Source: Halarcobacter sp. (GTDB lineage: Bacteria > Campylobacterota > Campylobacteria > Campylobacterales > Arcobacteraceae). From it: DNA of 64,000 nucleotides. The notes under the pieces were generated by a model. That model was not told where the DNA came from and did no database searches. It worked only from the letters and a program-made list of their open reading frames with translations. A program made the position numbers and the translations under genes. The stretch lies in the NCBI GenBank assembly GCA_048571215.1, contig CP182352.1:2368001-2432000 (forward strand), written 5' to 3'. Below are positions 48,508-59,925 of this stretch, in pieces (the stretch's first letter is position 1; each line of letters starts with the position of its first letter).

Positions 48508-49440
48508 ATGGCAAAATTTAAACTTTTTAGTGGTACTGCGAACCCAGAATTTGCTGCAAAAGTTGGTAAATATTTAAATATTGAAGTTGGGGAAGCAACA
48601 ATTAATAAGTTTAGTGATGGAGAGATCTCTGTCCAAATAAAAGAGAGTGTAAGAGGACAGGATGTATTTATTATACAACCAACCTGTGCTCCTACAAATG
48701 ATCATTTAATGGAACTACTTATTATGATTGATGCACTTAAAAGATCAAGTGCAAAATCAATCTCAGCAGTTATGCCTTATTTTGGTTATGCAAGACAAGA
48801 TAGAAAAGCAGCACCAAGAGTTCCAATATCAGCAAAACTTGTTGCTGATATGTTAGAAAAAGTTGGTATTGATAGGATGATTACTATCGATTTACACGCA
48901 GCACAAATCCAAGGCTTCTTTGATATCCCAGTTGATAACCTTTATGGTTCTGTTCTTTTTATTGAACATTTAAAAAATAAAAATCTTAAAAATCCTATTA
49001 TTGCAAGTCCAGATATTGGTGGTGTTGCAAGAGCTAGAAATTATGCTGAAAAACTAGGATATGATTTAGTTATTGTTGATAAAAGAAGAGAAAAAGCAAA
49101 TGTTGCTGAAGTTATGAATATCATTGGAGATGTAAAAGACAAAGATGTTATTTTAGTTGATGATATGGTTGATACTGCAGGTACCTTAGTAAAAGCAGCA
49201 GAAGTTCTTAAAAAAAGAGGAGCAACATCTGTTATGGCATGTTGTACCCATGGTGTTTTAAGTGGTCCTGCTTTTGATAGAATCAACCAAGGTACACTTG
49301 ATGAGCTTATCATTTCTGATACTATTCCTATGCATGGAGATAGTGAAAAAATTACAGTTTTAAGTGCAACAAGAATTATAGGTGAAACTATAAGAAGAAT
49401 AACAAATAATGAATCTGTTAATTCTATTTTTATAGATTAA
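48508..49440 (+). CDS. prs: Ribose-phosphate pyrophosphokinase
   Basis: FSDGEI, YARQDRK, DLHAAQIQGFF, DDMVDTAGT. Confidence 0.98.
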   Translation: MAKFKLFSGTANPEFAAKVGKYLNIEVGEATINKFSDGEISVQIKESVRGQDVFIIQPTCAPTNDHLMELLIMIDALKRSSAKSISAVMPYFGYARQDRKAAPRVPISAKLVADMLEKVGIDRMITIDLHAAQIQGFFDIPVDNLYGSVLFIEHLKNKNLKNPIIASPDIGGVARARNYAEKLGYDLVIVDKRREKANVAEVMNIIGDVKDKDVILVDDMVDTAGTLVKAAEVLKKRGATSVMACCTHGVLSGPAFDRINQGTLDELIISDTIPMHGDSEKITVLSATRIIGETIRRITNNESVNSIFID

Positions 49441-49513
49441 TTTTATTATTAAATAAACTTTTAATTTATTTAATAGTATTATAATGTTATACACACAAAA
49501 CAAGGAAAATTTA

Positions 49514-50554
49514 ATGAAAAAGATATTAATTTCAAGTGCCCTATGCGCATCAATGCTATTTGCTGCAAGTAGCGATTATAAGTATGAAATTACGCCTTTA
49601 ATTAGTTCTGCCCTAGTTGAGGGAAATCTAGACATGGAGAAAGGTTATTATAATGCTGGGTTAGCAGTAGGTTTTAACTTAGAAGATTCTATGTTCAATC
49701 AAGTTGAAGTTGGATTTTTAAGAACTATTGAAGATGTAGATTATATTTGGAGACCAACGCCTACATCTCCAAACTATGACACAGGAGTAACTAGAGTATT
49801 TACAAACTTAGTAAAAGAATACCCTATTTGGTCAGACATGTCTATCTATACACTTATTGGTGCTGGTGTTGAAATCTTTGATGATGAAAGATATGGAAAT
49901 GAAAATGGTTTATTTGGTAACTATGGTGTAGGTTTTAAATTTGCATTACCAAATGATATGTCATTAAAAGTTGACTATAGACATTTAATTGAAACAGACC
50001 ATGGTGATAATTCGCTAATCTCAACTATTGGTCTATCAATTCCATTTGGTAAAAAAGCTGTTGAAGCTCCTGTGGTAAAAGAGGAACCAAAAACTGTAGT
50101 GATAGTTGAAGAAGAAGAGATTGTAGCTATTGATAGTGATGGTGATGGTGTTGCAGATATGAATGACAAATGTCCAGATACTCCAAAAGGTGATATTGTT
50201 GATCAAAATGGTTGTTCATTAAAAGTTGATTTAAATATTAATTTTGCTTTTGATTCAGCAATAATTAATAACTCATACGATTCTAAAATCAAAAAATTCG
50301 CAGATTTTATGAAAGCATTCCCAGCAGTTAAAGCTAAAATCGAAGCATATACTGACTCTGTAGGTACTACTGAATATAATCAAGACCTATCAGAAAAAAG
50401 AGCTGCATCTACAGTTAAAGCTTTAGAAGCTTATGGAATTGAAAAATCTAGAGTTAAATCTATTGGTTATGGTGAAAGCAGACCAATAGCTACAAATGAA
50501 ACAGCAGAAGGTAGAGCTGCTAACAGAAGAGTAGAAGGTTCTATTCAAAAATAA
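49514..50554 (+). CDS. cadF: OmpA/CadF-like outer membrane protein
   Basis: Signal peptide, YEITP beta-barrel start, DSDGDGV..DKCPDTP repeat, OmpA_C (NQDLSEKRA...NRRVE). Confidence 0.75.
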   Translation: MKKILISSALCASMLFAASSDYKYEITPLISSALVEGNLDMEKGYYNAGLAVGFNLEDSMFNQVEVGFLRTIEDVDYIWRPTPTSPNYDTGVTRVFTNLVKEYPIWSDMSIYTLIGAGVEIFDDERYGNENGLFGNYGVGFKFALPNDMSLKVDYRHLIETDHGDNSLISTIGLSIPFGKKAVEAPVVKEEPKTVVIVEEEEIVAIDSDGDGVADMNDKCPDTPKGDIVDQNGCSLKVDLNINFAFDSAIINNSYDSKIKKFADFMKAFPAVKAKIEAYTDSVGTTEYNQDLSEKRAASTVKALEAYGIEKSRVKSIGYGESRPIATNETAEGRAANRRVEGSIQK

Positions 50555-50567
50555 CTTCTATATATTT

Positions 50568-50602
50568 TAAATAAGATTTTGATTTATTCAAAATCTTATT
50601 TA
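50568..50602 (+). terminator. Hairpin after the OmpA gene
   Basis: AAATAAGATTTTGA-TTTAT-TCAAAATCTTATTT. Confidence 0.65.
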
Positions 50603-50675
50603 CCCATTTTTTTCTTAACTCATAACTAACTTAAATTTAGATACAATCGCGATAAATTAAATATAGGATTTTACC

Positions 50676-52463
50676 TTGCAAGAAAATATTAGAAACTTTT
50701 CAATTATTGCTCATATAGACCATGGTAAATCAACACTTGCTGATAGAATTATTCAAGAGTGTGGTTCAGTGGCAGATAGAGATATGTCTGCACAGATGAT
50801 GGATACTATGGATATTGAAAAAGAGCGTGGTATTACAATAAAAGCTCAAAGTGTAAGACTTGATTATGTAAAAGATGGACAAAATTATGTTTTAAACCTA
50901 ATTGACACTCCAGGTCATGTTGATTTTTCATATGAAGTTAGCCGTTCTTTAGCTTCATCAGAAGGTGCTTTACTTATAGTAGATTCAACCCAAGGGGTAG
51001 AAGCTCAAACTATTGCAAATGTATATATTGCTATGGATAATGATTTGGAACTACTTCCAGTTGTAAATAAAATAGATTTACCATCTGCTGATCCAGATAG
51101 AGTACTTGAAGAGGTTGAAGATGCCATTGGACTAGATTGTACTGAACACAATCTAATCTCAGCAAAAACAGGTCTTGGGGTAAAAGATTTAATAGATGCA
51201 ATAGTAGATAGAGTCCCTTGCCCTAAAGGTGATGAAAAAGCTCCAACAAAAGCTTTAATCTATGATTCGTGGTTTGACAATTATCTGGGTGCCCTAGCTC
51301 TTGTAAGAGTTTATGAAGGAAGTATCAAAAAAGGTCAACTGCTTAAAATGATGAATACTAAAGTAGAACATCCTGTTCTAAATCTTATGTATCCACACCC
51401 TTTAAAAAGACAAAATACAAACGAGATAAAAACTGGTGAAATTGGTATTGTTGTACTTGGACTTAAAACTTTAGATGGGATTGCTGTTGGTGATACAATG
51501 ACTGATGCAAAAAATCCAACACCAGTAGCTATTGATGGTTTTGAACCTGCCAAACCTTTTGTGTTTGCTGGGATTTATCCAATAGAAACAGATAAATTTG
51601 AAGATTTAAGAGAGGCTTTAATTAAACTTCAACTAAATGATTCATCAATCTCTTTTGAACCAGAATCTTCAGCAGCACTAGGAAGTGGATTTAGAACAGG
51701 TTTTTTAGGTATGCTTCATATGGAAGTTATAAAAGAGAGACTTGAAAGAGAGTTCAATCTTGATTTAATAGCAACAGCACCCACTGTTATATATGAAGTG
51801 CTTAAAAATGATGGAGAAAAAATAACAATTCAAAATCCAAGTGAATTACCTGAGCCTAACTATATTGATACAATCTTTGAACCATATGTAAAAGCAACTA
51901 TTTTAGTACCTGATGAATTTTTAGGAAATGTTATTAAACTGCTTAATGATAAAAGAGCTATACAAAATAAAATGGATTATTTAGGTAAAAGGGTTTTATT
52001 GGATTATGATATTCCAATGAATGAGATTGTAATGGACTTTTATGATAAACTAAAATCTACAACAAAAGGTTATGCATCTTTTGATTATGAACCAATAGGT
52101 TTTAGACCAGGTGTTTTACAAAAACTTGATATAAAAGTTGCAGGTGAAGTTGTAGATGCTTTATCAATAATAGTTCCAGAAAATAAAGCCCTAAGTAAAG
52201 GTAGAGAGTTTATTAAAGCACTTAAAGAGCTAATTCCAAGACAACTATTTGAAGTAGCAATACAAGCAAGTATTGGAAATAATATTATCGCAAGAGAGAC
52301 TGTAAAGTCTACAGGTAAAAACGTAACTGCTAAATGTTATGGTGGAGATATTACGAGAAAAAGAAAACTACTTGAGAAGCAAAAAGCAGGTAAGAAAAGA
52401 ATGAAGGCCATAGGAAAAGTGAATGTGCCACAAGAAGCTTTCATGGCCGTGTTGAAGATTTAA
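50676..52463 (+). CDS. lepA: Elongation factor 4
   Basis: [35 protein letters not shown] start. Confidence 0.98.
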   Translation: MQENIRNFSIIAHIDHGKSTLADRIIQECGSVADRDMSAQMMDTMDIEKERGITIKAQSVRLDYVKDGQNYVLNLIDTPGHVDFSYEVSRSLASSEGALLIVDSTQGVEAQTIANVYIAMDNDLELLPVVNKIDLPSADPDRVLEEVEDAIGLDCTEHNLISAKTGLGVKDLIDAIVDRVPCPKGDEKAPTKALIYDSWFDNYLGALALVRVYEGSIKKGQLLKMMNTKVEHPVLNLMYPHPLKRQNTNEIKTGEIGIVVLGLKTLDGIAVGDTMTDAKNPTPVAIDGFEPAKPFVFAGIYPIETDKFEDLREALIKLQLNDSSISFEPESSAALGSGFRTGFLGMLHMEVIKERLEREFNLDLIATAPTVIYEVLKNDGEKITIQNPSELPEPNYIDTIFEPYVKATILVPDEFLGNVIKLLNDKRAIQNKMDYLGKRVLLDYDIPMNEIVMDFYDKLKSTTKGYASFDYEPIGFRPGVLQKLDIKVAGEVVDALSIIVPENKALSKGREFIKALKELIPRQLFEVAIQASIGNNIIARETVKSTGKNVTAKCYGGDITRKRKLLEKQKAGKKRMKAIGKVNVPQEAFMAVLKI

Positions 52464-52575
52464 TCTTCAGCACATCTTCTGCGTTGAAACTTCAATTTTA
52501 AATGCTCATTTACCTTTAGTAAACTCCGCTTTAAAATTAAAGCTCCGCCTTGAATCTATACTAAATATTAAACCT
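52456..52575 (-). repeat. ERIC/IRU-like miniature inverted-repeat element (120 bp)
   Basis: Imperfect ~24-bp terminal IRs; minus-strand CAAGGCG...GGAG-TTTAC-TAAAG-GTAAA-TGAG...AACGCAG. Confidence 0.7.
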
Positions 52576-52591
52576 CAACAAAATTTGTATA

Positions 52592-53487
52592 CTAACAATT
52601 AAATTTTTTAAACAACTTTATATTATTTAACATTTTCACAGAATATATAGTTAATATTGTTCCAATAATTATTGAAAAATTGATCTTTTCTTCTAAAAAT
52701 ATTACACCTAATATAATTGCAAAGAATGGAACTAAAAATAAAAATGAGCTAACATCCCTTGCTCCTAATTTTTCAATTCCTAAAAAATAAATTGTATAAG
52801 AAAATGTTGAAGCAAAAATAGATAAACACATCATATTTACCCAAAAAATTGAGTCAAAATTATTATATTTTACAGTACTTAAATCTACAAAAAATATTAA
52901 ATTTAAAATACAAGTAAAAATATACAGATAAAAGGTAAATACAATAGGTGAAACATCAGTTGCTTTTGAACTTATTATTGTTACAAGTGGCCAAAAAATT
53001 GAGGCTAAAATAAAATAAATATTATGAAGTGCAAAGATATCATCAATGTTAAAACTCCAGACATTTAACATAGTTAATACTCCAATTGCTCCAATAATTA
53101 AAGCAATGGTATCTTTTTTTGAAATTTTTCTATTAGTAAATATTGCTAATATTATAAAAGTATTAATAGGAATAAGTGTCATTACAAAAGCTCCTCCAAG
53201 TCCAGCTGTACCAAACTTTGTACCTAAAAAATAGTATTTCATATAAGCTATAAATACTATAGATGATATAAGTATAAGTAAAAAGCTTTTTAGAGTAATT
53301 TTAAAAGATTTTTCAAATAGATAATTACAGGTAATAAAGTAATAGATGTTATGAAAAATCTAAAAAACATAGTTTCATATTCATTCATATAGTTTGCTAA
53401 TACTTTTACATTTACCCAAGATGCTCCCCATCCAACCATACCTAAAACTAATAATAAATAAAAAATATTTTTATTTGTAGATGTCAT
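52592..53487 (-). pseudogene. EamA/DMT family transporter, frameshifted
   Basis: Two ORFs (WGASW...; LGIEKLGA) joined by adding one A to the A5 run (T run 53309-53313). Confidence 0.85.
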
Positions 53488-53531
53488 AATATACTCTTTT
53501 TATTTGAAGTATATTTTCTTTGGTATTTTAT

Positions 53532-54323
53532 CTATAGGAAGATATTGCTATTCTTTTGTAAATATGAAGGGGGATGATTGAAAAATTTTTTACAATTTTT
53601 GGAAAAATGAGATTGATCAGTAAATCCAACTGTATAACTAGCCTCACTAATAGATAAGCCTTTTTGAATAAGACTATTGGCACGATTTACTCTTTCATTA
53701 AGTATAAAATCATAAGGAGTTAAACCAAATTGTTTTTTAAAAATACGTAAAAAATGATATTTACTTAAATTAACATTTGAAGCTAAAATATCAAGGGAAA
53801 AATTCATTTCTATTGAATCATTTATAAAATCATATGTCTCTTTTATAATTTTTTTATTATCATATATATTCTTATATTTTTTAGTGGAAATTGTATGATT
53901 AGTAATCAAATATGAAGCAGCATCAATAAGATTTGATTCAATTATTAAACTATCTTCTTTTTTAAAATATGAATTAAAAAAGTTGTGAAGTTTAAAAAAA
54001 AGAACCTTGTCATTAATTATAAAGTTCTCAAAAAAAGGTACTTTCTTTTCACCATATATATCTTTGTATAAATCGCTAATTAATTCAACTGTTGGATAAA
54101 AATTTGAGTGAGACCATTGTTTAGCTTCTCCACCATGTACATCACCTGGGTTATTCACTCTTATTGAATATTTGTAAGACTCTATACTTCTTTTCATATA
54201 ATGCAGTTTTATTACACCACTATAGGTTAAACCAATAGTATAAGTATCGTGGTAATGTTTATTAAACTCATTATTTGAAAGTTTAACATTTTCTATAAGT
54301 GTATTATTTAATAAGCTATTCAT
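53532..54323 (-). CDS. AraC family regulator with a cupin sensor
   Basis: KHYHDTY, NPGDVH, LSKYHFLRIFK, GFTDQSHF. Confidence 0.92.
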   Translation of the reverse strand: MNSLLNNTLIENVKLSNNEFNKHYHDTYTIGLTYSGVIKLHYMKRSIESYKYSIRVNNPGDVHGGEAKQWSHSNFYPTVELISDLYKDIYGEKKVPFFENFIINDKVLFFKLHNFFNSYFKKEDSLIIESNLIDAASYLITNHTISTKKYKNIYDNKKIIKETYDFINDSIEMNFSLDILASNVNLSKYHFLRIFKKQFGLTPYDFILNERVNRANSLIQKGLSISEASYTVGFTDQSHFSKNCKKFFNHPPSYLQKNSNIFL

Positions 54324-54401
54324 TTCATATTATATCAAATTAAAAGTTCTCAAAATAGTAAGATATTGCTCTTTTAGAAAAGAGGATATAAATTATAAGT
54401 T

Positions 54402-55730
54402 TTACGTAGAAGTTTTGGAAAGAACACTTGGTCTATTTAGCATAAAAAATCTAAATGCAAAAATAAAAGTTAATATCTCTGCACACGATAAGGCTATAAA
54501 TATTCCTATATTTCCAAAAATAAGAGGCAATATAAAAATAAATATTATTGGGAAAATTAAACTTCTCATAATAGCTATTAGTCCTGAATAAAGGGGCCTT
54601 TGTATTGATGTTAAGTATGCACTTACCAACATATTTAAGCCTGAAAAAATAAATGCAGGCCACACATAAGAGATAAAATCTATAGTTATCTCTTTTGTTT
54701 TTATATCATTGTCATTGATAAATATATTTATCAATGACTCTGGTGTGATTATTACAAACAAGGTTAAAACTATCTCTACACATAAAATACTAACTACTCC
54801 TAGTTTTAAAAAACTTTTCATTCTATTAAAATATTGTGCACCAAAATTTTTACTAATAATAGCTTGCAAAGAATCAGAAACAGCAAAACTTGTCATGATA
54901 CTAATGGTTATAAAATATCCTATAATAGTAAAGGAAGCAATACCTAAAGGACCAAAGGTTTTTAATAAAATATAATTAAAAACTAAGATAGTTATACCTA
55001 CAGAAGATTCATTGACAAACTCTGAAGAACCGTTTTTCAAGGCATTTAATATACTTAAAAAACTCCCCCTTGGTTTTACTAGTCTTAGTGTTGTCTTTTT
55101 TAGAAAAAAATGGGGAAGTAATACCAGTAAAATAAAAACTTGTGAAATACCAGTTGCATATGCAGCACCACTTATCCCCCAATCAAATTTTACTATGAAA
55201 ATATAATCTAAAACTATGTTAATAAGTGAGCTTATAAGTAAGGCTAGAAAAGACAAGTTTGGGTTTTCATCCACTTTTACAAAATAATCAACTGTAATTC
55301 CTATCATCAAAAATGGTAAAAAATTTAAGATAATAGGAAGATAATTTAAGGTTTCAATTCTTAGTTGATTTTTTACATTTATCAAGTCTAAAACATTGTC
55401 TATATTTAGATAAAGTAACAAATTTAAAGAGATTGAAAGTACAACAATAACATATATAGCTTTTGAAAAAACATTAGAGGCTTCTTCTTTATTGCCCTCC
55501 CCCATTAATTTGCCTGTAATAACTGAGCTTCCCACTGCAAACATCAAAGCAAAGCCAAATAAAATATTAAATAAAGGGAAAGAGACAGTAATAGCCGCTA
55601 AACTTACTGAGCCAATATAATTACCTACAAAATATCCATCAATAATACTTGCAGATGATATTGCTAAAAATCCCAACATGGAAGGGATTACATATTTGAA
55701 AAATAAAATAAAAGGTTTAGAATCAAGCAT
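54402..55730 (-). CDS. MATE family efflux transporter
   Basis: DGYFVG, NIVLDYIFI..FDWGISGAAYAT; 12 TM helices. Confidence 0.92.
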   Translation of the reverse strand: MLDSKPFILFFKYVIPSMLGFLAISSASIIDGYFVGNYIGSVSLAAITVSFPLFNILFGFALMFAVGSSVITGKLMGEGNKEEASNVFSKAIYVIVVLSISLNLLLYLNIDNVLDLINVKNQLRIETLNYLPIILNFLPFLMIGITVDYFVKVDENPNLSFLALLISSLINIVLDYIFIVKFDWGISGAAYATGISQVFILLVLLPHFFLKKTTLRLVKPRGSFLSILNALKNGSSEFVNESSVGITILVFNYILLKTFGPLGIASFTIIGYFITISIMTSFAVSDSLQAIISKNFGAQYFNRMKSFLKLGVVSILCVEIVLTLFVIITPESLINIFINDNDIKTKEITIDFISYVWPAFIFSGLNMLVSAYLTSIQRPLYSGLIAIMRSLIFPIIFIFILPLIFGNIGIFIALSCAEILTFIFAFRFFMLNRPSVLSKTST

Positions 55731-55824
55731 TTTTCATCTTTAAAAATTTTATTGGATATTATCATAAATATAATAAATTGATATCATCTTAAATTAAAAA
55801 AATTTTGATATAATATTTTTTATT

Positions 55825-56394
55825 ATGAAATGTCTATCATGTGAATCACTATCTTTTCAAATCATTTGTAAAAAATGTCAAAATACTCTACTTAAGCCCT
55901 CTTTTTATAAAAGAGAACTTCAAAAAGATTTTTATAATTACTCCTTTTATTCATATTCTGAAATTGAGGATTTAATAACTTCAAAATATTACTTTCATGG
56001 GGATAGGATTTTTAATATTTTGGCTAAATTATCTTTTAAAAAATTTGCTGATAATTTTGTTTTTGATCAAATAGTTTATTCTATTGGTATTGATGAACAT
56101 ACTAGACATGAGTTTTCCCAAACTGCAATATTATCAAAGCACTTAAAATCTAATCATATCAAGCCTCTTTATAATCAGCTTCGTGCAACTAATATAGTTA
56201 AATATGCTGGTCATGATTTAGAGTATAGGTTGAAACATAAAAGGGGTTTTAAAAGTTCTTTAAAAAATAAAAATATAATTTTAGTAGATGATTTGATTAC
56301 TACTGGTACAACTATCCTAGAAGCAAAAGAGATTTTAGAAAAAAATAATAATAAAATTCTCTTCTCTTTAACCCTAGCTGATGCAAAATTTTAG
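55825..56394 (+). CDS. comF: ComF family protein (CtsW-like)
   Basis: CxxC...CxxC N-terminus; LVDDLITTGTT PRTase loop. Confidence 0.85.
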   Translation: MKCLSCESLSFQIICKKCQNTLLKPSFYKRELQKDFYNYSFYSYSEIEDLITSKYYFHGDRIFNILAKLSFKKFADNFVFDQIVYSIGIDEHTRHEFSQTAILSKHLKSNHIKPLYNQLRATNIVKYAGHDLEYRLKHKRGFKSSLKNKNIILVDDLITTGTTILEAKEILEKNNNKILFSLTLADAKF

Positions 56395-56496
56395 TATAAT
56401 ATTTTCTATTTAAAAATACTGATGCAGAACACCTCGTTTTACAAAGAAGTAAACCTAAGGTTCCTTTTTATAGTGGAACCATTTAAAAGGAAATAT

Positions 56497-57108
56497 GTGA
56501 TTGGAATTATAGATTACAATATGGGAAACTTAGCAAGTGTTTATAACGCTTGTCATTTATTAGATGCAAAAGCTTCATTTGTAACAAAACCCGAAGATTT
56601 AAAAAATTTTAATAGAGTTATTTTACCAGGAGTTGGTGCTTTTGGTGATGCTATGGAACATCTAAATAAAACTGGCATGAAAGAGGCAGTCTTGGAGTAT
56701 GCCAAAAGTGGTAAGCCTATGCTTGGTATCTGCTTGGGGATGCAACTATTATTTGAAAACTCTGTTGAGTTTGGAAATAATAAAGGTTTAGGTTTGATTG
56801 ATGGTCAAATTGTAAAATTTGATAAATCAAAAATGCATGAAGATACAAAGATTCCTCATATGGGTTGGAATGTTATCAAAACAAAAGATGATCATACTTT
56901 ATTTAAGGGATTAAAAGACCCTTATCTTTATTTTGTACACTCATACCATGCTGTAACAGATGCAAAAAATGTGATTGGTACAACAGAATATGGATATGAT
57001 TTTGCAAGTGCGGTGCATAAAGATAATATTTATGGCTTTCAGCCACACCCTGAGAAGTCCCATGATAATGGACTAAAAATACTAAAAAATTTTATGAATA
57101 TATCTTAA
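56497..57108 (+). CDS. hisH: Imidazole glycerol phosphate synthase, amidotransferase subunit
   Basis: IIDYNMGN, PGVGAF, GICLGMQ, HPEKS; GTG start after AAGGA. Confidence 0.96.
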   Translation: MIGIIDYNMGNLASVYNACHLLDAKASFVTKPEDLKNFNRVILPGVGAFGDAMEHLNKTGMKEAVLEYAKSGKPMLGICLGMQLLFENSVEFGNNKGLGLIDGQIVKFDKSKMHEDTKIPHMGWNVIKTKDDHTLFKGLKDPYLYFVHSYHAVTDAKNVIGTTEYGYDFASAVHKDNIYGFQPHPEKSHDNGLKILKNFMNIS

Positions 57109-57124
57109 AGAAGGACAAAGATAG

Positions 57125-57832
57125 ATGGATATACTACCAGCAATTGATTTAAAAGATGGAAAAGCTGTGAGACTTAGTAAAGGGCTTATGGATAGTGCAA
57201 AAATCTATTCAGATGAGCCTTGGATGGTAGCGCATAGATTTGAAGAACTAGGAAGCAAATGGATTCACATTGTAGATTTAAATGGTGCCTTTGCAGGTGA
57301 ACCAGCAAACTTAGAACAAATTAGAAAAATCAGAGAAAACTGTAACCTTAAAATGGAACTTGGTGGTGGAATTAGAGATGAAGAAACTATCAAAATGTAT
57401 TTAGAACTTGGAGTTGATAGACTTATTCTTGGTTCAATTGCAGTAAAAGATCCTCAATTTGTAAAAGATATGGCAGCAAAATATCCAATTGCAGTTGGAA
57501 TTGATGCTATGGATGGGATGGTTGCTGTTGAAGGTTGGGCAGAGGTTAGTACTATGGAAGCTACAACTTTAGCAAAAGAGTTTGCAAATGCTGGTGTTGA
57601 GGCTATCATTTGTACTGACATTTCAAAAGATGGAATGCTTTGTGGTGTAAATGTAGAATTCACCCAAGATATTGCATTAGCAAGTAAGGTTGATACTATT
57701 GCTAGTGGTGGAGTTAAAGATATCCAAGATATTATTAACTGTAAAGCTAATGGTAATATCTCAGGTGTGATAGTTGGAAAAGCCTTTTATGAAGGTAGTA
57801 TTGATTTAGAAGAAGCATTTAAAATCTTATAA
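57125..57832 (+). CDS. hisA: ProFAR isomerase
   Basis: [29 protein letters not shown]. Confidence 0.96.
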   Translation: MDILPAIDLKDGKAVRLSKGLMDSAKIYSDEPWMVAHRFEELGSKWIHIVDLNGAFAGEPANLEQIRKIRENCNLKMELGGGIRDEETIKMYLELGVDRLILGSIAVKDPQFVKDMAAKYPIAVGIDAMDGMVAVEGWAEVSTMEATTLAKEFANAGVEAIICTDISKDGMLCGVNVEFTQDIALASKVDTIASGGVKDIQDIINCKANGNISGVIVGKAFYEGSIDLEEAFKIL

Positions 57833-57884
57833 GCTAATTTGCTTAGGATATTTAGTTAATTTATAAATTTGCAAAAGGTAAAAT

Positions 57885-59741
57885 ATGAACTCTAACAAGA
57901 AAATTACTCTTATTATATTTTCAATGGTTACGCTATTAACCTTGATTATTGTTGCACTAGTTGCTATTGGTTCAAGGGAGAGTGGATATGATAGTGCTAA
58001 AAAAAGAGCCTATCTAACTGCTGATATCGTAAAAAATGCTCTAACATCCCACATGGTAAATGGAAATATGAACCAAAGAGATGTATTTTTAAGCTCTTTA
58101 GAAAGAATGGAAGAGTTAAATGAACTTTGGGTAGTAAGATCACCAAAAGTAAATGAACAATTTGGGGTTTCCCATGATGCCAATGAGATACCAAGAGATG
58201 AAATAGACAAAATGGTACTTCACTCAGGAAAAGAAAAAGTTGTAATTGATGAGACTATTCAAAAAGCTACTTTAAGAATTACTATTCCATATACTGCCTC
58301 TTCACTTGATAAACCTAACTGCCTAAGTTGTCATGATGCAAAAGAAGGAGAGGTGTTAGGTGCTATTTCCATAAAGTTTGATATTCAAGAAGATAGAATG
58401 TCAAGTATTGCAATTTTACTAAATATTATTGCTATTGTTATATTATTTTTAATCTTTATTCTTATTTTTATAAGTAGAAAAATCAAACCTTATACTAGCT
58501 CTTTTGACTCTATTATAGAGGTTTTAAAACAAGTACATGATGGTAATTATTCAGTTAGAGCTAAAGAGGGAACTCTAAAAGAGGATAAAGAAGCCTTTAT
58601 GTGGCTTAATGAGATTATTGAAAAGCTAGAAACCGTATTAACTGGTATAGAAAAGAACCTAACCGCTTTTGTTCACAATAGGTCAACAAATGTAAACAAC
58701 GATAAACTTCTTACAGCAAAAGAGATTATAGAAGATATCTCAGAAATCTACAATTATAAAAAAACCATAGAGACTGATTTGACAAAAGATGATATCTACT
58801 ATAGATTGGTGCAAGTATTAAATGATAAACTAAAAATAAAAACTTTTTATATTTTTGAAAATGATTTACAAAAAGATGAAAGAAAAATTATATATGCACC
58901 AAAAGATAAACAAGCATGTTGTAATCTAAAAAAAGATGTAAAAGAGTTATGTAGAGCGGAAAGAACAGATAATATTATAGTTTCAGAAAATTTTCCAGAA
59001 ATTTGTAGAGTTGCAGATTGTGAAAATTGTGGAGAATATACTTGTATCCCATTTAAAATAAATAACCATAAATCAATTACAATACATATTTTATGTAGTG
59101 ATAAAAGTTGTTTAGATCATAACAAATACCAAATAGGTATAATCAAAAAATATCTAGAAGAGACAAAACCTATTTTAGAAAGTAGAATGTTAATGGATGT
59201 TCTAAGAGAAAGAAATCTAATAGATGGATTAACAGGTCTATACAATAGAAAATATCTAGATGAATTTGTAGATAGAACTATGCCAAATGAGTTAGCACAA
59301 GGTAGTACTTATGCAGTTATGTTCTTAGATATTGACTATTTTAAAATGGTAAATGATACTTATGGGCATGATGCAGGAGATGCAATCTTACAAAAATTAT
59401 CTAAAACAATGCAAGAGTTTATCTCAAATAATGAATTTATAATTAGATTTGGTGGGGAAGAGTTCTTAATCATTATGAAAAATCCTACAGAAGAGAGTGC
59501 AAAAGAGTTAGCAGATAAGATAAATGCCGAATTTGCAAAAATTGTATTTAATTTCAATAATGAATCATTTAGTAAAACAGTTAGTATTGGTTATGCCTTC
59601 TTTCCTAAAGACACAGACCAATTCTGGAAATGTATCAAATACGCAGACCTTTGTTTATATGAGGCAAAAGAAACAGGAAGAAATAAAGTTATTAGATTTA
59701 GAAAAGATATTCTTAAAAATGGAGAGAAGTCAGACTACTAA
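57885..59741 (+). CDS. Membrane diguanylate cyclase with a periplasmic CxxCH domain
   Basis: TM-CLSCH-TM, Cys-rich GAF-like region, DIDYFKMVNDTYGH, RFGGEEF. Confidence 0.9.
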   Translation: MNSNKKITLIIFSMVTLLTLIIVALVAIGSRESGYDSAKKRAYLTADIVKNALTSHMVNGNMNQRDVFLSSLERMEELNELWVVRSPKVNEQFGVSHDANEIPRDEIDKMVLHSGKEKVVIDETIQKATLRITIPYTASSLDKPNCLSCHDAKEGEVLGAISIKFDIQEDRMSSIAILLNIIAIVILFLIFILIFISRKIKPYTSSFDSIIEVLKQVHDGNYSVRAKEGTLKEDKEAFMWLNEIIEKLETVLTGIEKNLTAFVHNRSTNVNNDKLLTAKEIIEDISEIYNYKKTIETDLTKDDIYYRLVQVLNDKLKIKTFYIFENDLQKDERKIIYAPKDKQACCNLKKDVKELCRAERTDNIIVSENFPEICRVADCENCGEYTCIPFKINNHKSITIHILCSDKSCLDHNKYQIGIIKKYLEETKPILESRMLMDVLRERNLIDGLTGLYNRKYLDEFVDRTMPNELAQGSTYAVMFLDIDYFKMVNDTYGHDAGDAILQKLSKTMQEFISNNEFIIRFGGEEFLIIMKNPTEESAKELADKINAEFAKIVFNFNNESFSKTVSIGYAFFPKDTDQFWKCIKYADLCLYEAKETGRNKVIRFRKDILKNGEKSDY

Positions 59742-59925
59742 AATGTGTCTTGTTCTATCTTTAGTCTCTCTAGCACTTGCATATAACCTACTTGAAGCTG
59801 GTAATATGCAAGGTGCTATCATCTCACTACTTATTGCTCTATTTTTTATTATCTTACTTATTAGAAATATTTTAAAAACAAAAACTCAAAAAAGAGGAAA
59901 AGACTCTGAAAAAAAGAATAAATAA
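59719..59925 (+). CDS. Small 2-TM hypothetical protein
   Basis: MERSQTTKMCLVLSL...; start could be 59719 or 59743. Confidence 0.6.
   Translation: MERSQTTKMCLVLSLVSLALAYNLLEAGNMQGAIISLLIALFFIILLIRNILKTKTQKRGKDSEKKNK

Noticed and set aside
56400..56490. Possible his attenuator or riboswitch before hisH (GGTTCC...GGAACC hairpin)
   Set aside because: No His-codon leader peptide and no riboswitch consensus I recognise; one short stem is not enough.
59524..59718. 5' part of the 133-aa ORF
   Set aside because: Overlaps the GGDEF coding region out of frame; only the hydrophobic 3' part looks real.
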